A stretch of DNA of 64,000 nt, taken from positions 10,696,741-10,760,740 of the forward strand of contig OZ037768.1 of the NCBI GenBank assembly GCA_964035545.1, written 5' to 3'. Below, piece after piece: positions 16,401 through 58,900 of this stretch. The position numbers and the translations under genes are program-made. Every line of letters begins with the position of its first letter. Position 1 is the first letter of the stretch. The DNA comes from Bugula neritina. Taxonomy: Eukaryota; Animalia; Bryozoa. Below the pieces are notes generated by a model. It was not told the origin of the DNA and searched no databases. It saw only the letters and a program-made list of their open reading frames with translations.

Positions 16401-16780
16401 CCTTCCATGTAGTTTTACTGATTTAGAGGCTACAGCAGGCCATAAGCCCATAATTATAATAACTAACGAATTCATCTAAAAGTAAAACTATTAGGTACCA
16501 CGAACTGTAAGAAATGAGATGAGGTACATTCCACCTTTGGGCCACACTGCCTTTTAATTTCATTCGCAGAGCCCGATATTAAAGGGCTCACTCACTCAAG
16601 TTGTATTTATACTATAAATTATAGTTTATTTATATATAACATTAGCTACATATTGATATTTAATAACCATTACCAAGTCAAATACATTATACAATACAGA
16701 TACTCATATTATTAATATTACCTTATGAATAACATAAATACTAATAAAAATAATAACATAAATCGAGGTCTAAACATTAC

Positions 16781-17030
16781 CTTGTATTTTCCAATGCTGA
16801 AAGTGATTGCTTTCCGTGACCGTTTTTAAAATTAATAGCCAAGATTTGGTGAAACGGTAAAAATTTCCATAAAATTATGTCGACAAGCCAGCATACAAAG
16901 TAATACAGTCAAACTGCAAAGTCTAGTTGTAAATGAAAGGTTCCTTCATCAACAGATAGCGAAGAATGTAAAAAGGAGTTAGCCAATCAAATTAGCATAT
17001 CTCGTAAACTTGAAAGATGATTGGACGATG
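16781..17030 (-). promoter_or_regulatory. Probable non-coding first exon and promoter of the ZNF608/609 gene
   Basis: Minus-strand donor AAG|GTAATG at 16780; CpG-containing patch 16810-17050; CCAAT at about 16983 and ATTGG at about 17020; acceptor at 13477 lies 20 nt before the ATG. Confidence 0.55.
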
Positions 17031-18916
17031 TGTTACTTGGAAATAATTACGGTTCTGACAGAATAATATGCAGATGAAGTGGTTAGCATTACATTGTTTG
17101 CAAGTCTATACATTCTAGTTGATTTGCATATGTTGAGCCTACTCAAATGATAATATTAAACAAATTTATAAAGCTAGCAAGCTGTATACTCAGGGATAGA
17201 ATTTAAAACCGGCATACAGGCAAATACAAATCTACCTTTACAATTTATGCTATAACCATTTAAATAACATATTAGTACCAACTAACAAAATATAGCAATC
17301 TTTTCATTAATAAAAATAAAAAAGTTGCAATATATTTGGGAGAAAGGATATATGAAATTTTAAGAACTAAGAAGCTATGAAGAAAAAAAATTTGGTTTAA
17401 ATTTTAAATTAAAAAGTTGCAGTTTCCACCAGTTTTTACAATTACGATTCCTCATAAAAAGCTACAATTACAGATATTTTTGCCATTTGAAACCAATAGA
17501 TGATACATCAGTTTTTTGGTACATTATGACTCTATCACCATGTAATGGTTACTTACAAATGTTATGACCACATACACGTAATTGTGTGACAAACATTCAA
17601 CAAGGTACACTGTACTAACATACAAGAAAAAGCCTAAACAGGTTTTAATTTATTTTGATCAAAAATCTGAGGGTTGTCAAGTTACAGTTGCAAGCAAGCG
17701 GAGTTTACATTATGCTGGTTAGTTAGATATTGTAAGGCATATTGTATATTATACATCTGTTGGCGCTGAACTTTTTAGAGGCATATTTTATGAGCTGAAG
17801 AATTGAGCCAACCAACCATAGGCTAATGGATTCACAATTATTTATTGAACGATTGGCTTTTCATTTGAGTTAATGAAGCATAGGCCTGAGCAGTGAACAT
17901 ACAAATAGCCTATAATTTCAAACGAGCTTTTTCTACTCTTATTATCATAAGACCTCTTCCATTGGACATTCAACTCTACCAAAAACAAAGACAATACTAT
18001 CTTTGATACTTTCCATGATAGTGCAGTCATATCACGCCACCATAAGATAAATCTATTTTCTCCCGATAGAGCTGTCAGTTGTATAACCACAATTTAGTCT
18101 AATAAATTACTTCACTGCTATACACTTCTAGTAAAGGTTAATGCCAGTTTATGGGGTAAAAAGTTATTATACTTACCACTAGTTTAGGTAAAACTTTTTT
18201 AATCAAAATGGAAATATATAAGAAATGGCTGCAGTTATTAGAAACAAATAATCAAGTCTTCAAGGTTAATTTCCCCACTAAAAGCTAGAACAACTGCCAT
18301 TTTATTCATGGCTGTATAATTATTGGCAGAATTGATTGAAGCTTTCATGGCTTGCATAGCTTTCATTAGCTGTTAGTCATCAATCCCGTCCAGTGAATAG
18401 TTTAACACGGAGTAAGATTGTGCATATGGTAGGGCAGCAGCTGAGAGCTATTATAGGGTATAGGGCAAACAGGCTCACAGTATGTGACATACACAGTTGT
18501 CAAGTTGTAGACATTTATACTGTTCAAACAGAAACAAGTTAAGTGAGGCTGATAGAGCTTATAGTGAAGGGTGTTGGATAGGATGAGTTGTTTACCTCCA
18601 GTACACATTGTTATCATTTCAGAAAAGCTCAGCTGGCACTCTCTATCAAAGTTCAGCCCATTATGACAACATCAGCACAAAGATATGCAGTTACAATATG
18701 TTATATTTTCTACTATAGCATTAGAACTTGACATAAATGCACAAAACTGTTTTCACAGAATTTCAAAGCCAGAAATACTGATTTACTGTTCAGATTTACA
18801 GATTTAGCTTCTACTGAGTGGTTGTTGAAGTAATTCCACTGGATACAGGTGGTGCATCAGCCCAGCCTAGCTTCTCTTGGCTCATCATCCACTTTGTATT
18901 TATATTGCACACATCC

Positions 18917-48843
<29,927 letters not shown>

Positions 48844-49419
48844 TTTCTAGCTAATGAAAAATCTACAAAATATATGAAATGCAATTAATGAGATGTTGTG
48901 ATTGTTACATAAGCATTTACTGTATATGATTTGTGAAGTTGGCAATAGGGTCATGGGTGCACTGCACACAACGTAGGTTACAAATGTGAAGAATCCCTAT
49001 TCAAAATTTTTAAATTATTTGCGAAATAAGAAACTACTGCATAACTTTTAGTTGCTATAATGAAAATCTTTGCACTAGTGATTTTGAAATAAAATAAATG
49101 TAAAATATTGATATCAAGAGTTTTATATCATTTAAAAAGGCATTCGTAATATTAAGCTTATGATGTTAATACTCAAACTTTAAATAAATAGATAAAATAC
49201 TCTAGAATTTGTAAGAACAAATATTGATCAATAAAATATTCTACAATATTTTATTGTAAAAGATAAATAAGAGAATTATGCTGCTGCATGTTATTCACTT
49301 ACAACAAAGTTAAATTAATAATCATATACAAGAACTTTTATTTTCTGCTTGTAGAAGCATTATGATCATTATAAGTGCCAAATATTGTTACATGAATGCA
49401 TAGGTAACAGTATATTAAG

Positions 49420-50040
49420 AAGAACCATTTATAATCATTATCATATAGACTAAATCCATATTCGGTAAATAAGTCTATAAAAAAATACTAAGACTAAGAG
49501 TAAGCCTAATAATAAAAAATAATATGGCAATGGCCAGACCTATGGCTATAGACTATAGGCATAGCTCTGGCCATCGCCATGTTATTTTTTATTATCAGTA
49601 TAACTCCATACATATAGCAATTTATATAGGCTGTAACAGGCTCTTACTTTGATAGCCATGATTATCATTATTATTGTGATAAGATAAAGATTGAATAACA
49701 TATAAATAAGTAATATAAAAACCCGTTGAGAAGTAGAATCATATCTTTGGCTTTTCATATAATTTTACTTTAGATTAATCTTCCTCACAGAGTTTTAATC
49801 TAGTTATACTTATAGTTATACTAATACTTCTAATTACGCTAATACTTATAGTTATAGTTATTGTTCCAAAGCTGCAAACTGCAAACTGCAAAGTTAAAGC
49901 GAAAATGCAAAGCTTGGAACAAAATAAACTTAAACTAGAAGTAAAAGTAAAAGTAAAACTTAGCCAGCAACTCAACATAGCCTTCAATAATTTTGTTGCC
50001 AACTTCAAGTTTAGAAAAAATCTGTGATACTATTACTAAT
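49420..50040. repeat. Cryptic hexamer-periodic tract upstream of the TRIP4 ATG exon (presumed first intron)
   Basis: Runs of TATAGT/TATACT/TAATAC, AAACTG/AAAGTA/AAACTT and ACTAAG units. Confidence 0.8.
49509..49595. repeat. 87-nt imperfect palindrome (43-bp arms, 1-nt spacer)
   Basis: ATAATAAAAAATAATATGGCAATGGCCAGACCTATGGCTATAG-a-CTATAGGCATAGCTCTGGCCATCGCCATGTTATTTTTTATTAT; 4 mismatches. Confidence 0.9.
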
Positions 50041-50099
50041 TCTTTTAAATTCAGTAATGCTTATTTAATAATATTTAATTGTAAACATTATTAAATAAG

Positions 50100-50483
50100 T
50101 ATCATTTTGATACACATATTATACGTTTGATGGTGAAATCGGAAATGAAGCTAACGTTTTAAATGGATTCAACAAAATACAGCTTAGTTTTCAGTACTCG
50201 CTTTTTAAGCTGTAGACACCCTATATTTTGTTAATATCATACTTTTATAATACCATTTGTTGGGCTAAAAATCGAAAAAGGTGATAACTCTATAGATAAC
50301 TTTTTTTTACAACAATTATCATGGTTTCCTAAATTTGACGCTCTACTTATCGCCACAAATGTGTACGCGCTATTTCAGGTCGCCACAAATTTGTCAGGAG
50401 TAGCTTCTTGTTCTGGTTATAAATTTCTGGTTTCGCACTAGGTTTCTACTTCAACAATGTTTATTATCTTATTTCTTATACAG
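50100..50483. promoter_or_regulatory. Probable bidirectional promoter (TRIP4 / Ig-FN3 gene) with non-coding first exon of the plus-strand gene
   Basis: CpG-enriched patch between two divergent genes; TCGCCACAAAT twice (50350, 50380); plus-strand donor CAG|GTATAA at 50484. Confidence 0.6.
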
Positions 50484-50499
50484 GTATAATTTATAGCCT

Positions 50500-51230
50500 T
50501 ACAATAATTATACTAAACTACTAATTATTTAATAAATTATATTAACTACATATTATGATTTTAAACTAGTATTCACTTTGAGTGTAAGTGTAACTCACTA
50601 ACTGTAAGACTTACACTTAGACTTAAACTTAAAGCTAGACTAACTCTAAGTCTAAGAGTAAGACTAAGACTAAGAGTTGGAGTAACTGTAACTCATAACT
50701 GTAAGAGTGTAACACTAGCTGTAAGTGATCATGGTCACTGATGATGCTGATGATCATGAACTTGAAGTGATGATGCTAATCAACTTCAAGTGACAGTATG
50801 AGTATAAATCATTAAATGTAGAATTAAAACAGTAAAACTAAATATAGCTAACAAATAATTATATATATTAAATAAGATAATTTTTTATATTATTATTAAT
50901 AAATAATATTAATGATAAATTATATTTATATTATTATTCATTGATTAAAATTTTTAATTGAATATAGTTATACTATAAGATTAAGTATAACTATAAGTAT
51001 AACTGTATAAGTATGTAGTATATAGTATTAATACTAATAAGTAATAGTAATACTAAAACTAATAGTAGTATAACTATATACTTGTACTCGAAATAACCAT
51101 ACACTTTTTATTACTGATTCGTTATTGTTATAATTTTGCTAAAAGTGGTATTGCTCTTCAGGCATTATTTACCCTTAGTTGTGGCAACCGGTGGCAGTAG
51201 TAATGGTGATAGTAGTACTAAGTTGTGTTT
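50500..51230. repeat. Cryptic 3/6-nt periodic tract in first intron of the Ig-FN3 gene
   Basis: NNNTAA-type hexamers (GACTAA, GTCTAA, GAGTAA, CTGTAA) at 50580-50725, GAT/ATC zone at 50726-50810, TAG/TAA/TAC zone at 50960-51230. Confidence 0.85.
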
Positions 51231-52975
51231 ATATTGATGAAGCCATATAATTTGATTTTATGGGTTTAACTTAATACGATTATTTATTTTCATCCTTAAT
51301 ATGGCCATGCATATAATATTAATATATACAGATGCTGGTACTTGACCCTTAAAAACTATTTAATACTAAAATATAGATAATAATCCCGAAGAGACACAAA
51401 TACTGATTTCCAATGCATAGGCCACAGTAGTTATGTTAAAATACGAGTAAAAGATAAGTTTGTGTTACTAATCTGTTGCAGCTACTAATATATAAGCTTT
51501 AGTGATGCAGTGATGGCTACTTGATATTATGATATATTTTTTTATAATTGTGATTACATACTTATATTTATTGCTGTAATCATATTCAACAATATGTATT
51601 TTTTTATTGTTGAGTTATATGGGGATTTGCTAATACTAATTCATATTTCAAAATGATTTTCAAAGTGCGGATCAGTCTCAGTTAGCAGCTCCATGAGTAA
51701 AGCTCAATATATATTTTATTTCAGATTGGCGAGCAATGATATACCTAGTCTAAGTACAAAGTCAGGCTCTGACTATTTTATTCTTCTGGTATCTGAAAGA
51801 CCAGATACACAAACGATATCACAGTGATACTGGTATGAAAATACTGCTACTACCAAAGTGTTAGCATGAGCAGCAACTAATAAAATATTATTGTCCATGT
51901 GATAATGCCTATAAATTGTTATTATTAGCACAACAATAAAGTGTTATAACTGACAAATTATTTTCAAGATAAATATAAACACAGTGTAGGCTACTTCATT
52001 TTTTCTTGCTTATACTTACAGCGATATAAACATTGTTTAACATTACATTGTGATAACTACGTATATTAGTAAATTTTAGTCAATTGCTATGGTTTTAATG
52101 CTCTAGTTGAAGTTTGATTTATTAAGTTGATTTTTCAATTTAATAGGTAATGTAAATTTTAGCATTGCATAAAGTTAAATAGCCTAAATTTCGTGAACTA
52201 TAGCTCTTAAAATTTCTCTTGAGTATACAGTGTTCATGGGTTTTTATGTGTTTGTTCCTTAACTTCCCCCTGAAACTAGAAATACTTAACTCTAATATTA
52301 AAGAATAATTTTTATATAATAGTTAATTAATTTAAATTGCATCTCATTGTAAGCTGACCTAAGATTTTTATGGCCAATAATATATGAGTTTTGTTGAGTA
52401 CTATTGAAGTGCTAAATTCTGTTAACTATATAAATTGAGTGATATTCTTGGTGGGGTGTTTAACCTATACACCAATACATTACTTGATTGATACTTTATT
52501 ATATTGTGGGCTTGCTAAGTTAGGTTAGTATCAGAAAGATTGTAGTATTTACTGCTTTTTCTAAAAATATCAATCCGATTGCCAAGTTTTCTGTGATGTT
52601 ATTTACCAATACTTTTTTGTTTAAAGCTGTTGCATAGCGAGTCTGTAAGCTTGTGCACAATATCAACCATCTCTCAAAATTTTTCTTCTCTAAAATTTGA
52701 AAGTTGCTCCTTTAGCTCCGTAATATCCAGTCTACTTTTCTTCAAATTATTCGAAGCTTTATGAATACAAAGACAGGTTTGCATAAAAACCCTGTTTTTA
52801 TATATTTGGAGCTATTATTTCTGACGAATAATTTTATACAAAGATAGCATAAAGTGTATAAAATTGCTAATAATCTATGCGGTTAACAGTTGACCTTATT
52901 GTGACTATATATTTACTGTAGCTGAGTAGTCAAGTTTGTGTATTGTATTTGTAGTCAATGTGATTAGGATTAATC

Positions 52976-55900
52976 ATGGTGACCCGAACTTACAGTCACT
53001 CTGTAATACCATTCCTGATAGGACTGAGCTGGCTGTTTGGTGAGTGTGGTTGATAAGTTCATGTTACAGTAAACTAGCCACTAATCCTTGTGCAAATAAA
53101 GCTTTATAGTACCCTGGCTTCTATACAAATATAATGCTCAACAAATGGTCTTGAATAGCCATAAATTAAGATTGATAGTATTAATTATCAATAATCAATA
53201 TTCTACTCCAGTAATTAAAATTGACCAGTTAGTACATAATATTTTATAACATTTTTAGATTCTTTTTGTCTACTTGTGGTTCTTTTTAGTCTGTTTAGTT
53301 GTCTGACTAAAATGTATTACTAGAGAAACTTTGTATAATTGGCTCCGTGTTGGTTGAAGTACTTTGACGTTCTATTTGTTAGTGCCGGTGAATCTGTTTG
53401 AGTTAACTCTGTTCCCAGAATCACCTGAGGTGTCTTCAGGTAGCAGTTTCTCTCTCACCTGTAATTTGACATCAAGTGCCGGAGATGCAGCCAGTGTAAG
53501 TTCAATTTAAGTGAGGGCTTATCCTCATCTAGTACATTATCAGCGTAGTATATTATATTGTCAGCATAGTATACAGTCAACATAGTACATCATATTGTCA
53601 GCATAGTACATTGTTGGCATAGTATATTACATGATCAGCACATGCTGGCTGTCTAAAAAAGACTAGGAAAACTACAGCTTTGTCTTTAATTATGTAGCAA
53701 TGAAATAAACTACAATGGTTATTTTTTTTGCTAAAACATGATCTTTTACAATTAAATGTAAATATAATTGCAAGATGATGCTGCATATTATTTTCTGTTT
53801 GAAGGCTGTTATGGAATGGTCATTTGGTGGAAATGTTGTGGTTAAAAATGGGCAGGTGGCGGTTCATGGCTCAGCTATACAAGATGAATTCAAGAGAGAC
53901 ATTTTTGTTCCATCTGAAACCGTGGGTTTACTTTATCTGTTTGTGTATGCGATGAAGCAACACAATTTCAGTGCATAGAAAGAAGCTGTATTTGTATTTG
54001 AAATGGGAATGAAATGCTTTGTGTCTTTAGAAAGAGAAAAAATGAATTGCATCCTAAGAAAATTTTTTTGCGTTATTGACTATCGAACAAAATAACATTA
54101 CATTACATGACTGATCAGCTAGCTGTGACATAAATAGAATAAACTACTGCAGTATAATTTCTGAACTGCTCCAATAATTACTAATTTAACAAGTCACTGG
54201 GCCTTGAAGTACACTTTGCAGCCATGGCTGGGCATAGGATTCTGTACACTTGAAGTTGTGCTTATGCATGTGGGTTATATAATAAATAATCTCTAGTGAG
54301 TACACAGAGTATTTACAAGATGAAAGAATGATAAAGAACATAAATAATAACCTGGATGTTGTATTTAAGGGTTGCAGCAGCTAAGCTTTGAAGAATAAAT
54401 TTTGCTTTAAATATATATAATTTTATATAACAGTTTTATATAATTAAACATTGGGAATTTAGAACTCCATATCAGCTGAGGGCAGTATATTTTCAATAAT
54501 TTGTTTACAGATCAATAACTTAGTTTTTAACAATCCAAGTTGACTTTCTACATATATTTTGGCTTTAGCCCTGATAGGTTTTTGAAAATATTGCTCTTGT
54601 GACTTGAACACAAGTTACTGGTTGAAAACGTCTTCTTTTTAGTTATTCTTTTTCCTTACTTTTTTTATTAGGCATAATAAATTATTGATAAATTTTGTTT
54701 TAGTTTACAGATATAACAATTACCACAGTCTAAATGTAGTAGTTCCTATTGTAGATCTGTGTTTTTATGCACTAGCATGTGCAGGAAATGTATGTTATAT
54801 AGCTGTTGCCTTACTAATGACGTGAATGACTCAACGTGATGTTTCCATATTAATTTTATTCACAGATCAATATTCAATGGGTATCATATAGTTGAATATC
54901 TCATTTGTTAGATATCTGCTGATGGCAATACCAAGCTGGCTACACTAAACTTTCCCTTTGTTGTTCTACAAGCTGGCAAGGAATACATTTGTGGAGCCAC
55001 TTTGGGATCTTCCAGTGACTCTCAGACAACTCGTGTCACTGTAATGAATAAGTCTACTGTTTTGGTTTATTTTCCCCCTTTGATTTGTATTTGGAAATTA
55101 TGTTCACTAGGTTTAATGTAATTTTGTCACTCTGTTTAAAAAGTATACAATATTTTTGTATTTGCAAATATTGATGTAGAATGAACTTGTTTTACTTACT
55201 GAATTTGTCCGTGTCTGTTTTCCAAGTTGAGCTCAACCAATGTACTATATTCTAAACTGAGGCATCTTTTTCATGGCTACATTTAATTTAATGGATGGAT
55301 TTGACAGCTCTCCCTTCTTTGCTGCTGTTATACATTTTTGCAATCATTTATTACAAATGTGTTTAGGTTACAAATGCTAAAACGTTGGCGAAATTTGGCA
55401 GTGACGTAGAATTGATATGTGATGAAGGGAATGTGGCATTGTTTCCACTCTCCAGCCCGGTTGTCTGGTACTTGGTGGACAGCAACACTGGGGAGAGTTT
55501 AGAGGTTGTGAGATGTGGCGTGGAATTGTTTACTACTACAGCTGCACCCACCACACCAACGACACTGACTACTACCACATTGCCTCCTACTCCTAACCTC
55601 ACAACAATCAATAGTGGGTCCAACTCTTCGTTAACCTCCACAGCTACTCCTCAAACCACAACAACCACCACAGCAACAACCACCACCACAACTGCAGATG
55701 CGAGTACCACTCCTACCACATTAGCTCAAACACCTCCACCTGTGGCACAGGTAAAACTCTCTACTTCTTAGAAATAATTCTTAATTACACCTTGTAAGCT
55801 TTAAAGATATAACTCCCTTTAGAGTTGGCTGTAATCGCTGCAACTGAAGTGCTGGTTACATTACTGGGCGCATTCTGGACTGTAAAGTACCCGTGATAGT

Positions 55901-58900
55901 TTACAAATGTTTTATTTTGAATATAAAATAGTTTATGCTTGATATGCAAATTTCATTTCAATGGCTCTAGTTTTGGTATAAGTTTAGCCTATTTATAATC
56001 AAAGTTGTACTAGAGTAGTTTGGGCGCAGTAACTTTCCACAAGCTTCAGCAATATGGCCAGCTTAAAAGGCTGCAGTTTTTCTTTCAACTGACAGAAACC
56101 ATCAGAGTGATATCTAGCTGAGTGTATAGTGGCAGGTTAGGCACAAGCTGGCTGAGAACTTATTGGATGATTTAGTACCTACTTATAAAGAGACACATGG
56201 GCAACACACAATGTGCACTATTTTAGGCAACAGTTTATAATATTAAATTACTCTCTTTACTTTTTCAACTTCCTCATAAGACAATAGTGAATAGAGCCAT
56301 TGATTTCAATCACTATGCTTTCTGTCCTCACAGACGCTGGTGCTAACAGCTAATCAGTGGACTACTTTAAACCTACTAGCTAGTTATGTCACTTTGAATC
56401 CACTAGCTAGTTCTGTCACTTTGAATCTACTAGCTAGTTCTGTCACTTTAAATCAACTTACTAGTTATATCAGTTACTAAATTGGCAGCAATATTGGAAT
56501 AATAAAGTTCTATTAAATTACCAATTCCAGACATCTTATTACTACTAAATTACTTAATATAATAATAAATTTATTGGCCAGGGGATGTGTGTGAAACATA
56601 ATGCATCCTTATCTTCCTTTATACTATTGTAGAGAGTTGAGTGTGGTAGCTCAACATATCACATGCTCATTAAGCAGGTGGATATGACTGATGGTGGTAC
56701 TTACAAATGTGAATACAGTTATGATGCTGACATGAAAGTGTATACTTGGAGTAATGATCTCACTGTTAAAGGTTTGTTGTTTGGAGTTGATTTGAAGATA
56801 ACCATTTGTGATGAATCTCTCCCACTGTCCTGGTATTCAGAAAAAAAAGCAATTATTGGTCCAATAAGCTGTCATATATTTGTGATAATATATTGTGAAT
56901 GTAGCTGTCTATACAGCCACAGACCTTCTTCTGGAACAAATCTAACATGTTAAGTCCCCCCAAGGCAAAGGGATTTTTATATGTTTTAAGAATAATGACT
57001 CAGTGATAAAATCTAAGTTTTGCTTAGTAATTTTATCAAATATTGTGGTTGAACATGGTAATGACACGCATGGTTCATGATTACAACTAAGCCATTCAAA
57101 TATGGACTTAGAGAATAAGCAATTGAGAAATATTATAGAAATTTGTGTAGCAATTATAGAAATTGATGTAGCAATTTCAGCTATTGTTTTGTCTTTGTGG
57201 TTTTGTCACAAGCTCAGTGTTGCTTCTTACTGGGTTAGCAAACTGACATACTGTGTACTGCCATAAATGCAAACGTGCTTTTTTGTTTCCTTTTTCATTC
57301 CACACATAGATCTAGTAAATTGACTGGAGGTTTTTCCATGCCTGCCCTTTGCAAGATTCCTCTATACTTACTAATTGCTCACTAAGTGCCAACATCACTG
57401 CTGTTTATTCATAAATTCTTGTTGTAAATTTCACTGGTTTCATATTTCTCAGAGTATAAACTATATGATGTAACTGGCTGATTTATTGAGCATTGTTTGA
57501 CCTTCTTGCTTTTTTCTTGGTATATTGAAGTCACTCTCAATTTCATTATGACTAGTTGAGCACTAGTAAGATCTTATAGTTATCTCAACATGCATCATGC
57601 GTGACTAAGTATTAGTAATATTAACATTCCATTAGAGTAGAATTCCATCAACATATGAAATACTGCTTCTGATACACACCATTGCTAACAAAGACTAATA
57701 TTGCTAATGAATGAACTGTGAAATTTTGCTATGTGATCATCAATTTGGTAATATTTACAAACATTATGGTTGATTTAATCAACTGATGCTCATAGCATTT
57801 AAATAGTAATGACTGATATACAAGAACATGTACGAGCTGATTTGTCTAGTGTTAAACCTGTGTTAGCCTGTCAGCCAAAGTCAAAGTTGATTAATTGCTT
57901 TGGTTTGTACTACTGCACTGGCTAATCTTCCAGATATTTTTAGCTGGGGTGTGGGTGTCCATATTGTTCCTGTTGCTCACGTCCCACTTGAATGTATGTG
58001 AAAAATACAAAAGATTCCTTGTTCAAGTTTATGAGACAAGTTACTATTTATAAAACATATTTTGAAACTTTCACACTATTTAGTGCTGAACTACTTTTGC
58101 AAGGATTTTAATTATTGGTATCAAATAAACAACAATGATTATAATTAATTTATGATTGCTGCTATATCTATTTTGCATTGATTACTCACAGCACTAATGC
58201 TTATTATGCAGCAGCAATAACCGCTATTGCAATATTACTAATAGCAAAAACTGTCAGCAAACAGTCACTGGTGCAGTGCTAACAAGATATAAACATTCAG
58301 AGATAAACTTTCAAACACAAATGAGTATTTGTCTCAGCATTACACTAAGTGTTACGTTACCAGTTTTATGAGGATAATTGAATTAATCTAGAATCTAGAT
58401 GTATTTAATGAGTCATAAATCAAGAGATCTCCACACGCAACAGTGCAGGGAGGCCCAAGACTGTAAACATACTGCAATACGCATACTTTACACAATATAA
58501 ACTTGCAACAGGAACCAAATCTACTATTGGCCTTTAGGTGTGGTTACCAGGATGGTATTGAAGCTCTTGGAGTGAAGAAATTATCCACAATAGCAACCTA
58601 CCTTTATTACTAGTTAATCTTTATAATTTTGAAGTTTGTTGATAATATTTTTTGCATATAACCAAATTAATCACAATCTTTAGTTTATTTTTACTCATTA
58701 CATCATTTAATGGAAGGGAATGCGAATCTACTCTAACCTTTGGTTTTATATTATTTTGTTTATTTTTTACTTTTGAACTTTGCTTGACAGTAAAGCCAAG
58801 TCCTCCTGGGACGCCTGTTATGGTCAACAATACTCAGTCTACTATTACAGTCAGCTGGTCCCCTTCGTCTGAGTCAGCTAACAATGCTGTCGATAACTAT

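Noticed and set aside
49775-50008. 77-aa minus-strand ORF with FTFTFT/ITITIS runs
   Set aside because: Translation of the hexamer-periodic tract.
50457-50483. ATG at 50457 (MFIILFLIQ) as the signal-peptide start of the Ig-FN3 gene
   Set aside because: Phase 0 does not join the phase-1 Ig exon; exon 52976-53039 supplies an in-phase signal peptide.
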